64,000 bases of DNA from an uncultured Actinomycetota bacterium (GTDB lineage Bacteria > Actinomycetota > Humimicrobiia > Humimicrobiales > Humimicrobiaceae). Shown piece after piece: positions 1-9,440 of this stretch; the stretch's first letter is position 1, and each line of letters begins with the position of its first letter. The stretch is taken from assembly GCA_964415365.1 (NCBI GenBank), contig CAYPYW010000010.1, forward strand, positions 11,071-75,070, in the 5' to 3' direction. The notes under the pieces were generated by a model. It was not told the DNA's origin. It did not search any database and was given only the letters and a program-made list of their open reading frames with translations. The position numbers and the translations under genes are program-made.

Positions 1-201
1 TCGCTTTTTAAGAATTCCAAGCTCTTTGAAGAATATTTAGTAAATATGAAAATCATAGATTTAGTAGGAGCACTCCCTGGAAACGGAAGAGTAAATGCTC
101 TGAAAATTTTAAGGGATTTAAAAATAAGCCCCAATAAAAAAGTAGGTGGGCTGGGCAGAAATCAAAAACACAGTTTTTACCGGTTTTTTAAAATAGCCTA
201 G
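1..201 (+). CDS. 3'-partial CDS, actinobacterial-type integration host factor (MihF-like) C-terminus
   Basis: Frame 1 translation ...KIIDLVGALPGNGRVNALKILRDLKISPNKKVGGLGRNQKHSFYRFFKIA* aligns with mIHF C-terminal pattern (ALPKVGKVKAQEI...IAPTRRLRGLGDRQRKALLEKF); sits directly upstream of gmk as mihF does in Actinobacteria. Recalled from memory, not searched. Confidence 0.4.
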   Translation, partial: SLFKNSKLFEEYLVNMKIIDLVGALPGNGRVNALKILRDLKISPNKKVGGLGRNQKHSFYRFFKIA

Positions 202-223
202 GTTGTTGGATTTTCAATATTTT

Positions 224-802
224 ATGACAGGTAGAGGAAAATTATTCATTGTCTCAGGACCCTCAGGTTCAGGAAAAAGTAGCCTGATAAATGATATAGT
301 AAGCAAGTCAGATAATTTTGTAAGATCCATCTCAGTTACTACCAGACCCAAAAGAAAAGGTGAAACCGACGGTTACCAGTATCATTTTATAAGTAAGAGC
401 GAGTTCGATAAGCTTATAGAAAAGGATATGCTGCTTGAGTGGGTCTCCTACGCAGGTTATCTGTACGGCACTCCCAAGGGTTTTGTGACAGAGAATTTGA
501 GCAGGGGCAAGAATGTAATTCTTGTAATCGAGGTTCAGGGTGCCATGCAGGTTGTAAAAAAAATAAAGGAAGCTTACCTGGTCTTTATTACCACGTCTTC
601 ATTTGAAGAGCTGGAGAAAAGGATCAAAAAAAGAGGAGCTGACAGTTCGGAAGAGATAAAGAGGAGACTGGAAATCGCTAAAAGCGAACTGGATCATATG
701 AAACATTATGATTGCATAATCGTAAATAATAATTATAATGAAGCTTTGCTTAATTTAAAGAGAGTTCTAAATTCTCAAAAAGGAAGGAAAAAATCTAAAT
801 GA
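224..802 (+). CDS. gmk: guanylate kinase
   Basis: P-loop GPSGSGKSSL; TTRPKRKGETDGYQYHFISKSEF guanylate-kinase signature; ATG at 224 preferred over upstream TTG at 203. Confidence 0.9.
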   Translation: MTGRGKLFIVSGPSGSGKSSLINDIVSKSDNFVRSISVTTRPKRKGETDGYQYHFISKSEFDKLIEKDMLLEWVSYAGYLYGTPKGFVTENLSRGKNVILVIEVQGAMQVVKKIKEAYLVFITTSSFEELEKRIKKRGADSSEEIKRRLEIAKSELDHMKHYDCIIVNNNYNEALLNLKRVLNSQKGRKKSK

Positions 803-1038
803 AAGTGCAGTATGTTGATGAGTATGGAAAGAGTATAACCAGTAAATATAAATTGTGTATAGCGTCAGCTAAAAGAGCAAGAGAATTGGGGGAATATCTA
901 TCGGCGCAAAAAAATATGGAAAGGATAAGTGTGATAAAACCACTGGTTGATGTGGAATCACACGATCCGTTGGAGATTGCCTTTAATGAAATAAAAGAAG
1001 GAAAAGTAATTCTCGAAAAGAAGAAGGAATCTGTATAA
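799..1038 (+). CDS. rpoZ: DNA-directed RNA polymerase subunit omega
   Basis: 79 aa, KYKLCIASAKRARELG motif typical of RpoZ; ATGA overlap with gmk stop; conserved gmk-rpoZ order. Confidence 0.85.
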   Translation: MKVQYVDEYGKSITSKYKLCIASAKRARELGEYLSAQKNMERISVIKPLVDVESHDPLEIAFNEIKEGKVILEKKKESV

Positions 1039-1040
1039 TT

Positions 1041-2288
1041 TTGGCCTTAAATAAATCAATATTTTTAAAAAAAAAGATAGTTCTTGGAATTACTGCATCT
1101 ATTGCCGCTTATAAAGCAGCTTCGATTTGCAGCAGGCTGACTGGTATGGGTGCCGAAGTAATTCCGGTTATGACCCCGAATGCTCTTAATTTTATAACCC
1201 CTATAACTTTAAGTTCAATCTCCGGGAATAAAACTGTTGTAGAACAATTTGTAAATCAGAAGAAAATTTACCATATCTCACTTTCTCACAGTGCAGATAT
1301 TTTTTTAATTGCGCCGGCTTCGGCGGATATTATCTCAAAGTTATCTTACGGAATCGGTGATAATTTCTTGACCACGTCGGCAATTTCTGCTGCGTGTCCT
1401 GTACTGGTTGCACCGGCTATGAATGAAAGCATGTATCTTGACCCTGTGATTCAAAAAAATATTCAGCAGTTAAAAGAAAGCGGAAAGTATTTTTTTGTGG
1501 GACCGAAGAGCGGCAGGCTGGCCTGCGGTGAGGAAGGCCTGGGAAAGCTGGAAGATGAAGATGTCATAATTGAGAGGCTGGGAGAGCTTTTAAATTATAA
1601 TTCAGACCTTAAAGGTAAAAAAGTCGTAATTACTGCCGGCGGTACCAGAGAGTTTATTGATATTGTAAGATATATATCTAACAAATCCAGCGGAAAGATG
1701 GGTTACGCTCTGGCTGAGGAAGCCTATTTTAGAGGAGCCCAAAAAGTGGTTCTTATAAGCGCCAGCAGGAGCCTTCAGCCTCCGTACGGGGTGAAAGTTG
1801 AATATGCCCAGGATACGGCAGAGATGAAGAAAGCCCTTCTTAAATATTTTAACGGCAGCGATATTATTATAATGGCAGCTGCTATAAGCGATATAATTCC
1901 GGCTAAAAAATATGATTTTAAGTTAAAGAAAAAAGATGATATATTATCCAAAATAAGCTTTAAAGAGAATGAAAATATCCTGGAGCTATTGGCTAAAAAA
2001 AAGAAAAAGAGCCAATATCTGGTAGGTTTTGCTGCCGAGAGTGGTTACAGCACTGGGGATATCATAAAGAAGATTGGTGGCAGGAATATTGATATGATTG
2101 TGGCCAATGATATTTCCAGAAAGGGGATAGGCATGGAAAGCGATTATAATGAGGTTGACATAGTAAAACAGGATGGGTCTGTAAAAAAACTGGGCAGGGG
2201 CAAAAAGAGGATTGTTGCCAGAGGAATCTGGGATGAAATTGTAAAAAGTTCGATTAAGCTGGAAGGAATTAATAGGAGGAGTAAATGA
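1041..2288 (+). CDS. coaBC: bifunctional phosphopantothenoylcysteine decarboxylase / phosphopantothenate-cysteine ligase
   Basis: N-terminal flavoprotein motif ([16 protein letters not shown]), C-terminal CoaB ligase region, 415 aa; conserved position after rpoZ. Confidence 0.9.
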   Translation: MALNKSIFLKKKIVLGITASIAAYKAASICSRLTGMGAEVIPVMTPNALNFITPITLSSISGNKTVVEQFVNQKKIYHISLSHSADIFLIAPASADIISKLSYGIGDNFLTTSAISAACPVLVAPAMNESMYLDPVIQKNIQQLKESGKYFFVGPKSGRLACGEEGLGKLEDEDVIIERLGELLNYNSDLKGKKVVITAGGTREFIDIVRYISNKSSGKMGYALAEEAYFRGAQKVVLISASRSLQPPYGVKVEYAQDTAEMKKALLKYFNGSDIIIMAAAISDIIPAKKYDFKLKKKDDILSKISFKENENILELLAKKKKKSQYLVGFAAESGYSTGDIIKKIGGRNIDMIVANDISRKGIGMESDYNEVDIVKQDGSVKKLGRGKKRIVARGIWDEIVKSSIKLEGINRRSK

Positions 2289-3490
2289 CAAAGAAAAAGG
2301 ATTTTATGTTTACTTCGGAATCAGTAACCGAAGGTCACCCGGATAAAATGGCTGATCAGATTTCTGATGCCATACTTGATGCTATGATAGCTGATGACCC
2401 CAAATGCAGGACCGCTATTGAAACTCTGCTTAAAACGGGGATTGTTATAGTGGCAGGTGAAGTTACTACTTCTACATATGTGGAAATACCTGATGTTGTA
2501 AGAGAGGTTGTTAAGAATATCGGATACACAAGGGCAAAATATGGTTTTGATTATGAGACCTGCGGCGTTATTACTTCTATTGGGAAACAGTCTCCCAATA
2601 TAGCCCGGGGTGTTAATAATGCTTATGAAGCCAGAGTGGGAAATGGATATGAGAATGAGTTCGATACCCAGGGTGCCGGGGATCAGGGAATGATGTTTGG
2701 TTATGCATGTAATGAAACCGAGGAACTGATGCCTCTTCCTATCCAGCTTGCTCACAGGCTGTCTCACCGCCTGTCCGAAGTCAGGAAAGCAGGGATTCTG
2801 CCATATCTGAGACCTGATGGCAAAACTCAGGTAACAGTAAGATATGAGAATGACAGGCCGGTTTCTGTTGAGACCGTTGTAATAGCCACCCAACATGCTC
2901 CTAATATTGATGTAGAATCTCAGATAGGACCGGATATGAGAGAATTTGTGATAAAACCAATTATTCCTGAACAATATCTAAGCAAGGATTTAAAGCTATT
3001 TGTTAATCCTACGGGGGAATTTACGATTGGCGGACCTATGGGTGATACAGGAGTTACCGGAAGGAAAATAATTATAGATACCTATGGCGGAATGGCAAGG
3101 CATGGAGGAGGCTGTTTTTCGGGAAAAGATCCTTCCAAGGTTGATAGGTCAGCTGCCTATGCAGTAAGGCATGTTGCCAAGAATCTGGTGGCAAGCGGTG
3201 CCGCTGATAAGGTGGAAATAGAGGTGGCTTATGCTATAGGTGTTTCACATCCGGTATCGGTTATGGTGGAAACATTCGGTACTGAGAAAGTGGATGTCAA
3301 AAAAATTGAAAAGGCGGTAAAGGAAGTATTTGACTTGAGGCCGGCAGCGATTATCAGGAATTTGAATCTGCTCAGGCCTATTTATAAAAAAACTGCGGCT
3401 TATGGCCATTTCGGAAGGCATGACCGGGATTTCACCTGGGAGAAGCTGGATAAAGTTGATGAAATCAAGAGTTCTCTGGACCTTAAATAA
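2285..3490 (+). CDS. metK: S-adenosylmethionine synthetase
   Basis: [25 protein letters not shown]; [19 protein letters not shown] motifs; 401 aa. Confidence 0.95.
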   Translation: MTKKKDFMFTSESVTEGHPDKMADQISDAILDAMIADDPKCRTAIETLLKTGIVIVAGEVTTSTYVEIPDVVREVVKNIGYTRAKYGFDYETCGVITSIGKQSPNIARGVNNAYEARVGNGYENEFDTQGAGDQGMMFGYACNETEELMPLPIQLAHRLSHRLSEVRKAGILPYLRPDGKTQVTVRYENDRPVSVETVVIATQHAPNIDVESQIGPDMREFVIKPIIPEQYLSKDLKLFVNPTGEFTIGGPMGDTGVTGRKIIIDTYGGMARHGGGCFSGKDPSKVDRSAAYAVRHVAKNLVASGAADKVEIEVAYAIGVSHPVSVMVETFGTEKVDVKKIEKAVKEVFDLRPAAIIRNLNLLRPIYKKTAAYGHFGRHDRDFTWEKLDKVDEIKSSLDLK

Positions 3491-3504
3491 TTACTTTTGT
3501 TTAA

Positions 3505-5766
3505 ATGGTTGGAAATAACAAATATGCAGAGGTTTACGTAGATATAAAAGCCTTTGATATTGATCATGCTTTTGATTACAGAATACCCCCCAGTTTATCC
3601 TTGAATATTAATACCGGCAGAATTGTTAGGGTCCCTTTCAAAAATAGAATTGAAGTTGGTTATATTGTAAAAACCAAGAATAAGTCAGAACTAGAAGATA
3701 AGGAAATAAAAGATATTGCCGGAATAGTGGATGCAAAACCCGTCTTCGATCCCGGAAGATTGGAACTCATAAATTGGATCAGCCGGTATTATATCCAGCC
3801 TCTGGGGAGTGTAATTAAGTTTTTCCTCCCTCCCGGAGGAAAATACAAGCAGGCAATCGCAGATTCCAGAGTAAAATTAAAATTCAGGGATTATATAACC
3901 TTAAACAGGAATGAGTATAAGCTGGTAAAGGATAAGGTTAACTGGAAAAAAAATTATTCACAAAAAAAGGTAATTGATTATCTGATTTTACATGGAGAAG
4001 TTTTAAAAGAAAAACTGATAAAAGATACCGGCTCAAGCTACGCAGGTCTTACTGCTCTTGCAGATAAAAAAATTGTATCTGTAATTAAAAAGAGGCAGAA
4101 GCGGGATTTCAGGTATGATTACCAGCCTGATAAGAATTTAAAGAAAAAAAAGATAATCTTAAACTCCTATCAAAAAAATGCGCTGTCCAGTATAGAAAAT
4201 GCTATAGGTAAAAATATTTTTCATAAATTCCTGATTGAAGGTGTGACCGGCAGCGGAAAAACTGATATTTATATAGCCGCCTGCAGGGAAGTTCTGACTG
4301 GTAAAAAAAAAGCACTTGTTCTAACTCCTGAGATTTCCCTAACCCCCCAGCTGTTTTCGAGATTTGAATCCGAGTTTGGGTCCAGAGTGTGTGTGTATCA
4401 TTCCAATATGAGTGAAGCAGAAAGGTATGAAAGGTGGCTGGATATATGGAACGGTGAGTTTGATATAATAATAGGAACCAGATCTTCAATTTTTACTCCC
4501 CTGGACAACCTGGGCATAATAATAATGGATGAGGAGCATGACCCATCCTATAAAGAAGGAACCAGAGTCAGATATAATACCCAGGACGTAGCAATAAAAT
4601 TGGGGGAGATACTTGGAATACCGGTGGTCATGGGCAGTGCTACACCCAGTCTGGTTACCAGGTACAGGGCAGAAAACGAGGATAATTTTACCCTGCTTAA
4701 GATTCCGGTTAAAGCTCAAAGTAGCAGTTTATTAAAAATGGAAGTGATCGATCTTAAAAAAATAGACCGTTTAAAAGAGGATATAGTTATAACCGGTAAG
4801 TTATTTACTGCAATCAGAGAGGAATTGGAAAAAAGCAATAAGGTAATTATTTTTTTAAACAGAAGGGGCTATAGTAACTTTATAATATGCAATAAGTGTG
4901 GTGCTGTTCCCAAATGTCCTGCCTGTGACCTTTCCTATAATTATCATAGCGATCCCAAAAAACTGATATGCCACCACTGCGGCAGAGAGCAGGATTATAC
5001 CGGAAAATGTCCTGTTTGTGGTGCGGACAGTGTCTTTTTATATGGTACAGGAATTCAGAAGGTTCAGTCGAAACTTCAGATGAGATTCAAGAGTATCCCC
5101 ATACTCAGGATGGATTCCGATGTGACCGTAAAGAAGAAGTCACACCAGGAAATACTGGAAAAGTTCATTTCTCCCGGGGGATCGATTCTTATAGGTACCC
5201 AGATGATAGCCAAGGGACTTGATGTTGAGGATGTTACTCTGGTGGGAGTCATTAATTGCGATAGTATGTTGGGACTCCCTGATTATCATATGAATGAGAG
5301 AGTTTATCAGCTTATTACCCAGGTATCCGGAAGGGCTGGAAGAAAGAGAAAGAAAGGCAGGGTAATAATCCAGACCTACAATCCCGGAAGCAGGGTCATG
5401 AAAAACATACTTGCAAATGATTATGAATCATTTTACGGGCAGGAATTAGAAAACAGGAAAGAGCTCGACTATCCTCCTTTTTCCAACCTGGTAAATATTA
5501 TAATATCCGGCAAGGATGAGAATAGGGTGAAAAAAGATATAAAAGGACTATTTGAAAAAATAAGCGGAGCTGTTAAGATTGACAGCATACTGGGGCCGGC
5601 TCCTGCTCCTTTTCATAAGATAAATTTATTTTACAGATGGCATATAATAATAAAGTCTAAAAATGTAGATTTTTTGAATGAGGCACTGGCTAAAATATTA
5701 AAGAGGTTTAAAAAATTCGATGAAAATAAGATAATTGTTGATGTAGATCCGGTATGGATTTTGTAA
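3505..5766 (+). CDS. priA: primosomal protein N' (replication restart helicase)
   Basis: N-terminal YAEVYVDI...FDY.IP, Walker A GVTGSGKT, DEEH, Cys4 zinc-binding insert (CNKCG..CPAC..CHHCG..CPVCG); 753 aa. Confidence 0.9.
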   Translation: MVGNNKYAEVYVDIKAFDIDHAFDYRIPPSLSLNINTGRIVRVPFKNRIEVGYIVKTKNKSELEDKEIKDIAGIVDAKPVFDPGRLELINWISRYYIQPLGSVIKFFLPPGGKYKQAIADSRVKLKFRDYITLNRNEYKLVKDKVNWKKNYSQKKVIDYLILHGEVLKEKLIKDTGSSYAGLTALADKKIVSVIKKRQKRDFRYDYQPDKNLKKKKIILNSYQKNALSSIENAIGKNIFHKFLIEGVTGSGKTDIYIAACREVLTGKKKALVLTPEISLTPQLFSRFESEFGSRVCVYHSNMSEAERYERWLDIWNGEFDIIIGTRSSIFTPLDNLGIIIMDEEHDPSYKEGTRVRYNTQDVAIKLGEILGIPVVMGSATPSLVTRYRAENEDNFTLLKIPVKAQSSSLLKMEVIDLKKIDRLKEDIVITGKLFTAIREELEKSNKVIIFLNRRGYSNFIICNKCGAVPKCPACDLSYNYHSDPKKLICHHCGREQDYTGKCPVCGADSVFLYGTGIQKVQSKLQMRFKSIPILRMDSDVTVKKKSHQEILEKFISPGGSILIGTQMIAKGLDVEDVTLVGVINCDSMLGLPDYHMNERVYQLITQVSGRAGRKRKKGRVIIQTYNPGSRVMKNILANDYESFYGQELENRKELDYPPFSNLVNIIISGKDENRVKKDIKGLFEKISGAVKIDSILGPAPAPFHKINLFYRWHIIIKSKNVDFLNEALAKILKRFKKFDENKIIVDVDPVWIL

Positions 5767-5783
5767 ATTGGGGAAGGTAGGAA

Positions 5784-6281
5784 ATGGCAGTTAAAGAAAT
5801 AAGAAAGATCGGTGATCCGGTTTTAAGAGAAAAAAGTAAAGCAGTGGAAAAAATAGACGATAAGCTTGTTAGTCTGATTCAAGATATGACCGATACATTG
5901 AAAGAAGAAGGTGCAGCAGGTCTTGCTGCTCCGCAGATAGGGATAACAAGGAGAGTAATTGTTGTAAATTTTGGTGACAGTGTCAAGGCGTTTATAAATC
6001 CGGAAATCAAAGTTCTGAGCAGAAAAAAAATAGAAAGTAATGAAGGATGTCTGAGTGTCTATTCGATAAAAGATTTTTCTGTTAATAGATTTTCAAAAGT
6101 CAGAGTAAGGGCAAAAGATTCAAAAGGCAGTAATATCACAGTTGTGGCGGAAGATTTACTGGCAAGAATATTTCAGCATGAAATTGATCACCTTAATGGA
6201 ATATTGTACATAGATCGTCTTGAATGGAAATCAAGAAGAGAACTTCTTTCAAAGATTAATGATATCAAATCAAATGTTTAA
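5784..6281 (+). CDS. def: peptide deformylase
   Basis: GAAGLAAPQIG, EGCLS, QHEIDHLNG motifs. Confidence 0.9.
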   Translation: MAVKEIRKIGDPVLREKSKAVEKIDDKLVSLIQDMTDTLKEEGAAGLAAPQIGITRRVIVVNFGDSVKAFINPEIKVLSRKKIESNEGCLSVYSIKDFSVNRFSKVRVRAKDSKGSNITVVAEDLLARIFQHEIDHLNGILYIDRLEWKSRRELLSKINDIKSNV

Positions 6282-6296
6282 AATAAGGAGACTCGT

Positions 6297-7265
6297 TTGA
6301 GGATATTGTTTTTTGGCTCTTCCGAAATTTCAGTTCCATTCCTGGAAGAAATATATAAATCAAAACATGGCATATCTCTTGTTGTGGCTACTGTTGATAA
6401 GCCGGCAGGAAGGGGAAGAAAAACTTTACCTAATGTAGTAAAAAGCAAGGCTATTGAGTTGGGAATTGATTATATTCAGATTGAGAAGTTTGACAATATT
6501 TTTTTTGATAAGTTTACAAAATTAGGGTTTGACGGAATTGTAGTGGTTTCTTTCGGAAAGATATTTCCTGAAAAAATATTTAAATTGACATCTGCCCGGT
6601 GGTTAAATGTCCACCCTTCACTTCTGCCGCGGTATAGAGGTCCAACACCTGTTATAAGTACGCTCCTGAATGGTGATGAGGTAGGAGGGATCAGCATAAT
6701 GGATGTAGTGCCTGAGGTAGATGCAGGTGGTATATATGCTCAGGTGAAATTCGGTGTTGGAGAAGACGATAACCGTGACAGCCTGGAGAGAAAGATAATA
6801 GAATTTGGAAAATCCCTTCTGATTACGGTACTTGACCTTGTAGAGAGTGAGAGGATTAAGTCATATCCCCAGGATGAGGAAAGTGTGACTTATAGTCACA
6901 AAATTACAAAAGATGACCTGAAAATCAACTGGGGCAGCAGTGCGATGGAAATAGTTAATAAAATCAGAGCCTTCAGCTCAAGTCCAGGTGCCTATTTTCT
7001 GTGGAAGGATTCAAGAATTAAAATTCTTAAGGCAAGTGTCTTAGATAGAGCTATAACCAATGCCTGTCAGGATAAACTTAAAATTGATAAAAGTAAGAAG
7101 GATGGTTTTGTAGTTGAGGCTGATAAAAAAGCAGGTATTCTGGTTAAGTGTAATAAAGATGAAATAATAAAGATTGAGTTGCTCCAGCCTCAGGATAAAA
7201 AAACAATGTCTTCGGTGGATTTTATTAACGGATACGGACTTAAAGCTGGTGAAAGTTTTGAATGA
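6297..7265 (+). CDS. fmt: methionyl-tRNA formyltransferase
   Basis: TTG start with AGGAG RBS; HPSLLPRYRGPTP motif; def-fmt synteny. Confidence 0.9.
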   Translation: MRILFFGSSEISVPFLEEIYKSKHGISLVVATVDKPAGRGRKTLPNVVKSKAIELGIDYIQIEKFDNIFFDKFTKLGFDGIVVVSFGKIFPEKIFKLTSARWLNVHPSLLPRYRGPTPVISTLLNGDEVGGISIMDVVPEVDAGGIYAQVKFGVGEDDNRDSLERKIIEFGKSLLITVLDLVESERIKSYPQDEESVTYSHKITKDDLKINWGSSAMEIVNKIRAFSSSPGAYFLWKDSRIKILKASVLDRAITNACQDKLKIDKSKKDGFVVEADKKAGILVKCNKDEIIKIELLQPQDKKTMSSVDFINGYGLKAGESFE

Positions 7266-8805
7266 AAGAAAAATCAAAAAGAGATCCGGAATCAATCCAC
7301 GCAAAATTGCCCTTCTTATCTTAATCCAGTATTTTAAAAAGAGGGGATCCTTAAAAGATATAATAAATAGCTGCCTTAAGAATTATGAACTGTCAAAGCT
7401 CGACAGGCGTTTTATCTTCAATATAGCCAAGGGTACGGTAAGATATTACCAGAAAATTGATTTCATACTTTCTTTATTTTCAAATAAAGATATAAAAGAT
7501 ATTGATTTTGTGATTCTTAATATACTGCGCATGGGGATTTTTCAGTTGATTTATATGAGTAAAATTCCCGATTATTCAGCGGTTAATGAAAGTGTCCAGC
7601 TGGCAAAGAAAAATGCTGGCGTGTCTTCTTCCAAATTCGTGAATGCGATACTGCGTAAAATTAGTTCAATCCCGGACATGGATTCGTTTATAGAAGGGGA
7701 AATTAAAAGGGTGGCAAAGGACGAAACTGACAGAATCAGTATAAACTACTCTTATCCCGGATGGCTCATAAAGTACTGGCTCGACTGTTATGGAAAGGAA
7801 AAAACTGTTCTAATCTGCAGGTCGCTTAATGAAAACCCGCATACTTACCTGAGATTTAATAAAGATAAGATTGCAAGGGAAGAATTGTTTAAGGAGTTAG
7901 GCGTAAAATCAATTGATGGAAAATACTACAGTCAAAATGTTAAAGTCATACATGAATCTGCATCGGATGATATTGAAACAGAAGGTGATAATAATGAACA
8001 ATTTGTATCGAAGCATAGTATATTAGAAGATGTCATAGAAGTTTCCACCGTTCAGGATATTTCGGGAACTGATGTTTATAAGAAAGGCCTGGTTTCGATT
8101 CAGGATATCTCTTCTCAAATAGCTGTAAAGTATTTTCTAAATCCTCTCGGAAGTGAAAAAGTACTGGATGTATGCGCTGCACCCGGCGGAAAGACTGCAC
8201 ATATTGCCGAGCTTGTCGGGAATGATGGAGAGGTAATATCGGTTGATATAAACAGGAAGAGGCTAAAAATATTGCAGGATAATCTGAAAAGGTTAGACAT
8301 AAAGAATGTAAGAATTATAGAAGCTGATGCGGCCGGGCAGAATTTCCTGGAAAGAAGCGAAGGTGCTAAAAATAAAAGAAAACCTGATAGTTACACGGGA
8401 TATTTTGATAAAATTTTAATCGATGCTCCATGCAGCGCTTTTGGGACGATTTCCAAGAATCCGGATGCAAAGTATAGTAAAACAATGGATGATGTAATAC
8501 GCCTTTCTGAAATGTCTTACAGGATGATGGTAAATTGTGATACTTATCTAAAAGCTGGCGGAAAACTTGTTTTTTATACCTGCACACTTTCACCCACAGA
8601 AAATCAACAGGTGATAGGGAAGTTTTTGGAGGAATTTAAAGGTAAATATGTTATCGGGAAGCAGGTCATTTCTGATGAGCTGATATCCGTTTTAGAACAT
8701 AAAAAAATTATGTTAGGACCACGAGAAAAAACCTGCCTTGAAATTATGCCCTATTATTTTGAAAGTGAAGGCGGCTTCGTCTGCAGCCTGATAAAACGGT
8801 CATGA
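7258..8805 (+). CDS. rsmB: 16S rRNA (cytosine967-C5)-methyltransferase RsmB/Sun with N-terminal NusB-like domain
   Basis: NusB-like N-term (INPRKIALLILIQYF), SAM MTase motifs (DVCAAPGGKT, IDAPCS), PUA-like C-term. Six-frame ORF opens at 7174 and overlaps fmt; start assigned to TTG 7258 with GGTGA RBS 7 nt upstream (GTG 7249 is an alternative). Confidence 0.85.
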   Translation: MNERKIKKRSGINPRKIALLILIQYFKKRGSLKDIINSCLKNYELSKLDRRFIFNIAKGTVRYYQKIDFILSLFSNKDIKDIDFVILNILRMGIFQLIYMSKIPDYSAVNESVQLAKKNAGVSSSKFVNAILRKISSIPDMDSFIEGEIKRVAKDETDRISINYSYPGWLIKYWLDCYGKEKTVLICRSLNENPHTYLRFNKDKIAREELFKELGVKSIDGKYYSQNVKVIHESASDDIETEGDNNEQFVSKHSILEDVIEVSTVQDISGTDVYKKGLVSIQDISSQIAVKYFLNPLGSEKVLDVCAAPGGKTAHIAELVGNDGEVISVDINRKRLKILQDNLKRLDIKNVRIIEADAAGQNFLERSEGAKNKRKPDSYTGYFDKILIDAPCSAFGTISKNPDAKYSKTMDDVIRLSEMSYRMMVNCDTYLKAGGKLVFYTCTLSPTENQQVIGKFLEEFKGKYVIGKQVISDELISVLEHKKIMLGPREKTCLEIMPYYFESEGGFVCSLIKRS

Positions 8806-8859
8806 AACTTTCCCCAAAACAGCAAATCCTGGGTAGTATTAATAACTAAAGGTTTAAAA

Positions 8860-8868
8860 TAATAAATC
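8860..8868. repeat. 9-bp direct repeat TAATAAATC, left target-site duplication of MITE-like element
   Basis: Exact 9-bp copy immediately outside both terminal inverted repeats (8860-8868 and 9098-9106). Confidence 0.45.
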
Positions 8869-9097
8869 GGAAGCATCTAAAATTCCGTGATAGCGATAAA
8901 AGTAAAACTTTAAGGGCCAGGATGGGTTATTTCAAAAACACGCAAGCTTTTACCCAGCGAGAAAGAGCTTGCTCAGTTTCAGGCTTCGCTCTCCTCTTAG
9001 AAGAGGAACCATGCCCGCTTTGCCTTCAAATGGTTTTCTTAAGTAACCCGTCCTCGCCCATTAATTTATTTTTTATCACGAATTTTTAGATGCTACC
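8869..9097. mobile_element. MITE-like non-autonomous element (229 bp) with imperfect ~24-bp terminal inverted repeats and extensive internal hairpin potential
   Basis: 5' end GGAAGCATCTAAAATTCCGTGATA (8869-8892) matches the reverse complement of 3' end TATCACGAATTTTTAGATGCTACC (9074-9097) apart from 2 mismatches and 1 indel; flanked by a 9-bp direct repeat; no coding capacity; internal pairs (GGCCAGGATGGGTTA / TAACCCGTCCTCGCC, CCTCTT/AAGAGG). Confidence 0.45.
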
Positions 9098-9106
9098 TAA
9101 TAAATC
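9098..9106. repeat. 9-bp direct repeat TAATAAATC, right target-site duplication
   Basis: Exact copy of 8860-8868. Confidence 0.45.
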
Positions 9107-9113
9107 AATTATA

Positions 9114-9141
9114 TTGAAATAATCCCATAATATGTTAACAT
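9114..9141 (+). promoter_or_regulatory. putative vapBC promoter (TTGAAA-16-TAACAT) overlapping a 10-bp perfect palindrome ATGTTAACAT (9132-9141), a candidate RHH antitoxin operator
   Basis: Seen in sequence; half-site TTAACAT repeated at 9172-9178 abutting the vapB start codon. Confidence 0.3.
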
Positions 9142-9176
9142 AGAATATACAATTAATAATTAACTAAAAATTTAAC

Positions 9177-9440
9177 ATGGATACAAAAAAAAGAACACAT
9201 GTCGTAGTTCCAGAAGAATTAGTGGAGGAAATAGACAGACTTTCGGGGAAAAGGAAGCGTAGCTGGTTTATAACTCAGGCTGTAAGAAAAGAGATACAGA
9301 GATTAAATTTCCTTGATGCAGTAAAGGAAACAGCAGGAACCTGGAATGATAAAGATCATCCTGAATTCAAAAAAGGAGTTGAAAGCTGGGTAAGACGTCT
9401 GAGGGATGAAGACAAAAAGAGATTGAAGGATATGTTGTAA
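9177..9440 (+). CDS. vapB: ribbon-helix-helix (CopG/VapB-type) antitoxin
   Basis: 87 aa; N-terminal RHH pattern THVVVPEELVEEIDRL...RSWFITQAVRKEI; stop overlaps toxin start (TAATGG). Confidence 0.75.
   Translation: MDTKKRTHVVVPEELVEEIDRLSGKRKRSWFITQAVRKEIQRLNFLDAVKETAGTWNDKDHPEFKKGVESWVRRLRDEDKKRLKDML

Noticed and set aside
2200-2300. Looked for a SAM (S-box) riboswitch upstream of metK, as is common in Firmicutes
   Set aside because: metK overlaps the coaBC stop (ATGA), leaving no leader.
1986-2974. Minus-strand ORFs of 101 and 217 aa (1986-2291, 2321-2974) antisense to coaBC and metK
   Set aside because: Low-complexity antisense translations of strongly supported genes; no start or RBS context; typical spurious ORFs of AT-rich DNA.
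4968-5222. 84-aa + strand ORF in an alternate frame within priA, plus similar internal ORFs (44691-44882 in proS, 57637-57828 in the M16 peptidase)
   Set aside because: Embedded out-of-frame in well-supported genes with no RBS; treated as chance ORFs.
8869-9097. Considered calling this a 6S RNA or another structured ncRNA because the two ends pair and the interior is hairpin-rich
   Set aside because: The exact 9-bp direct repeat flanking the terminal inverted repeats is better explained by a transposition footprint (MITE). No RNase P, tmRNA, SRP or 6S consensus motifs were recognised. The ncRNA possibility is retained only as an alternative under the MITE finding.
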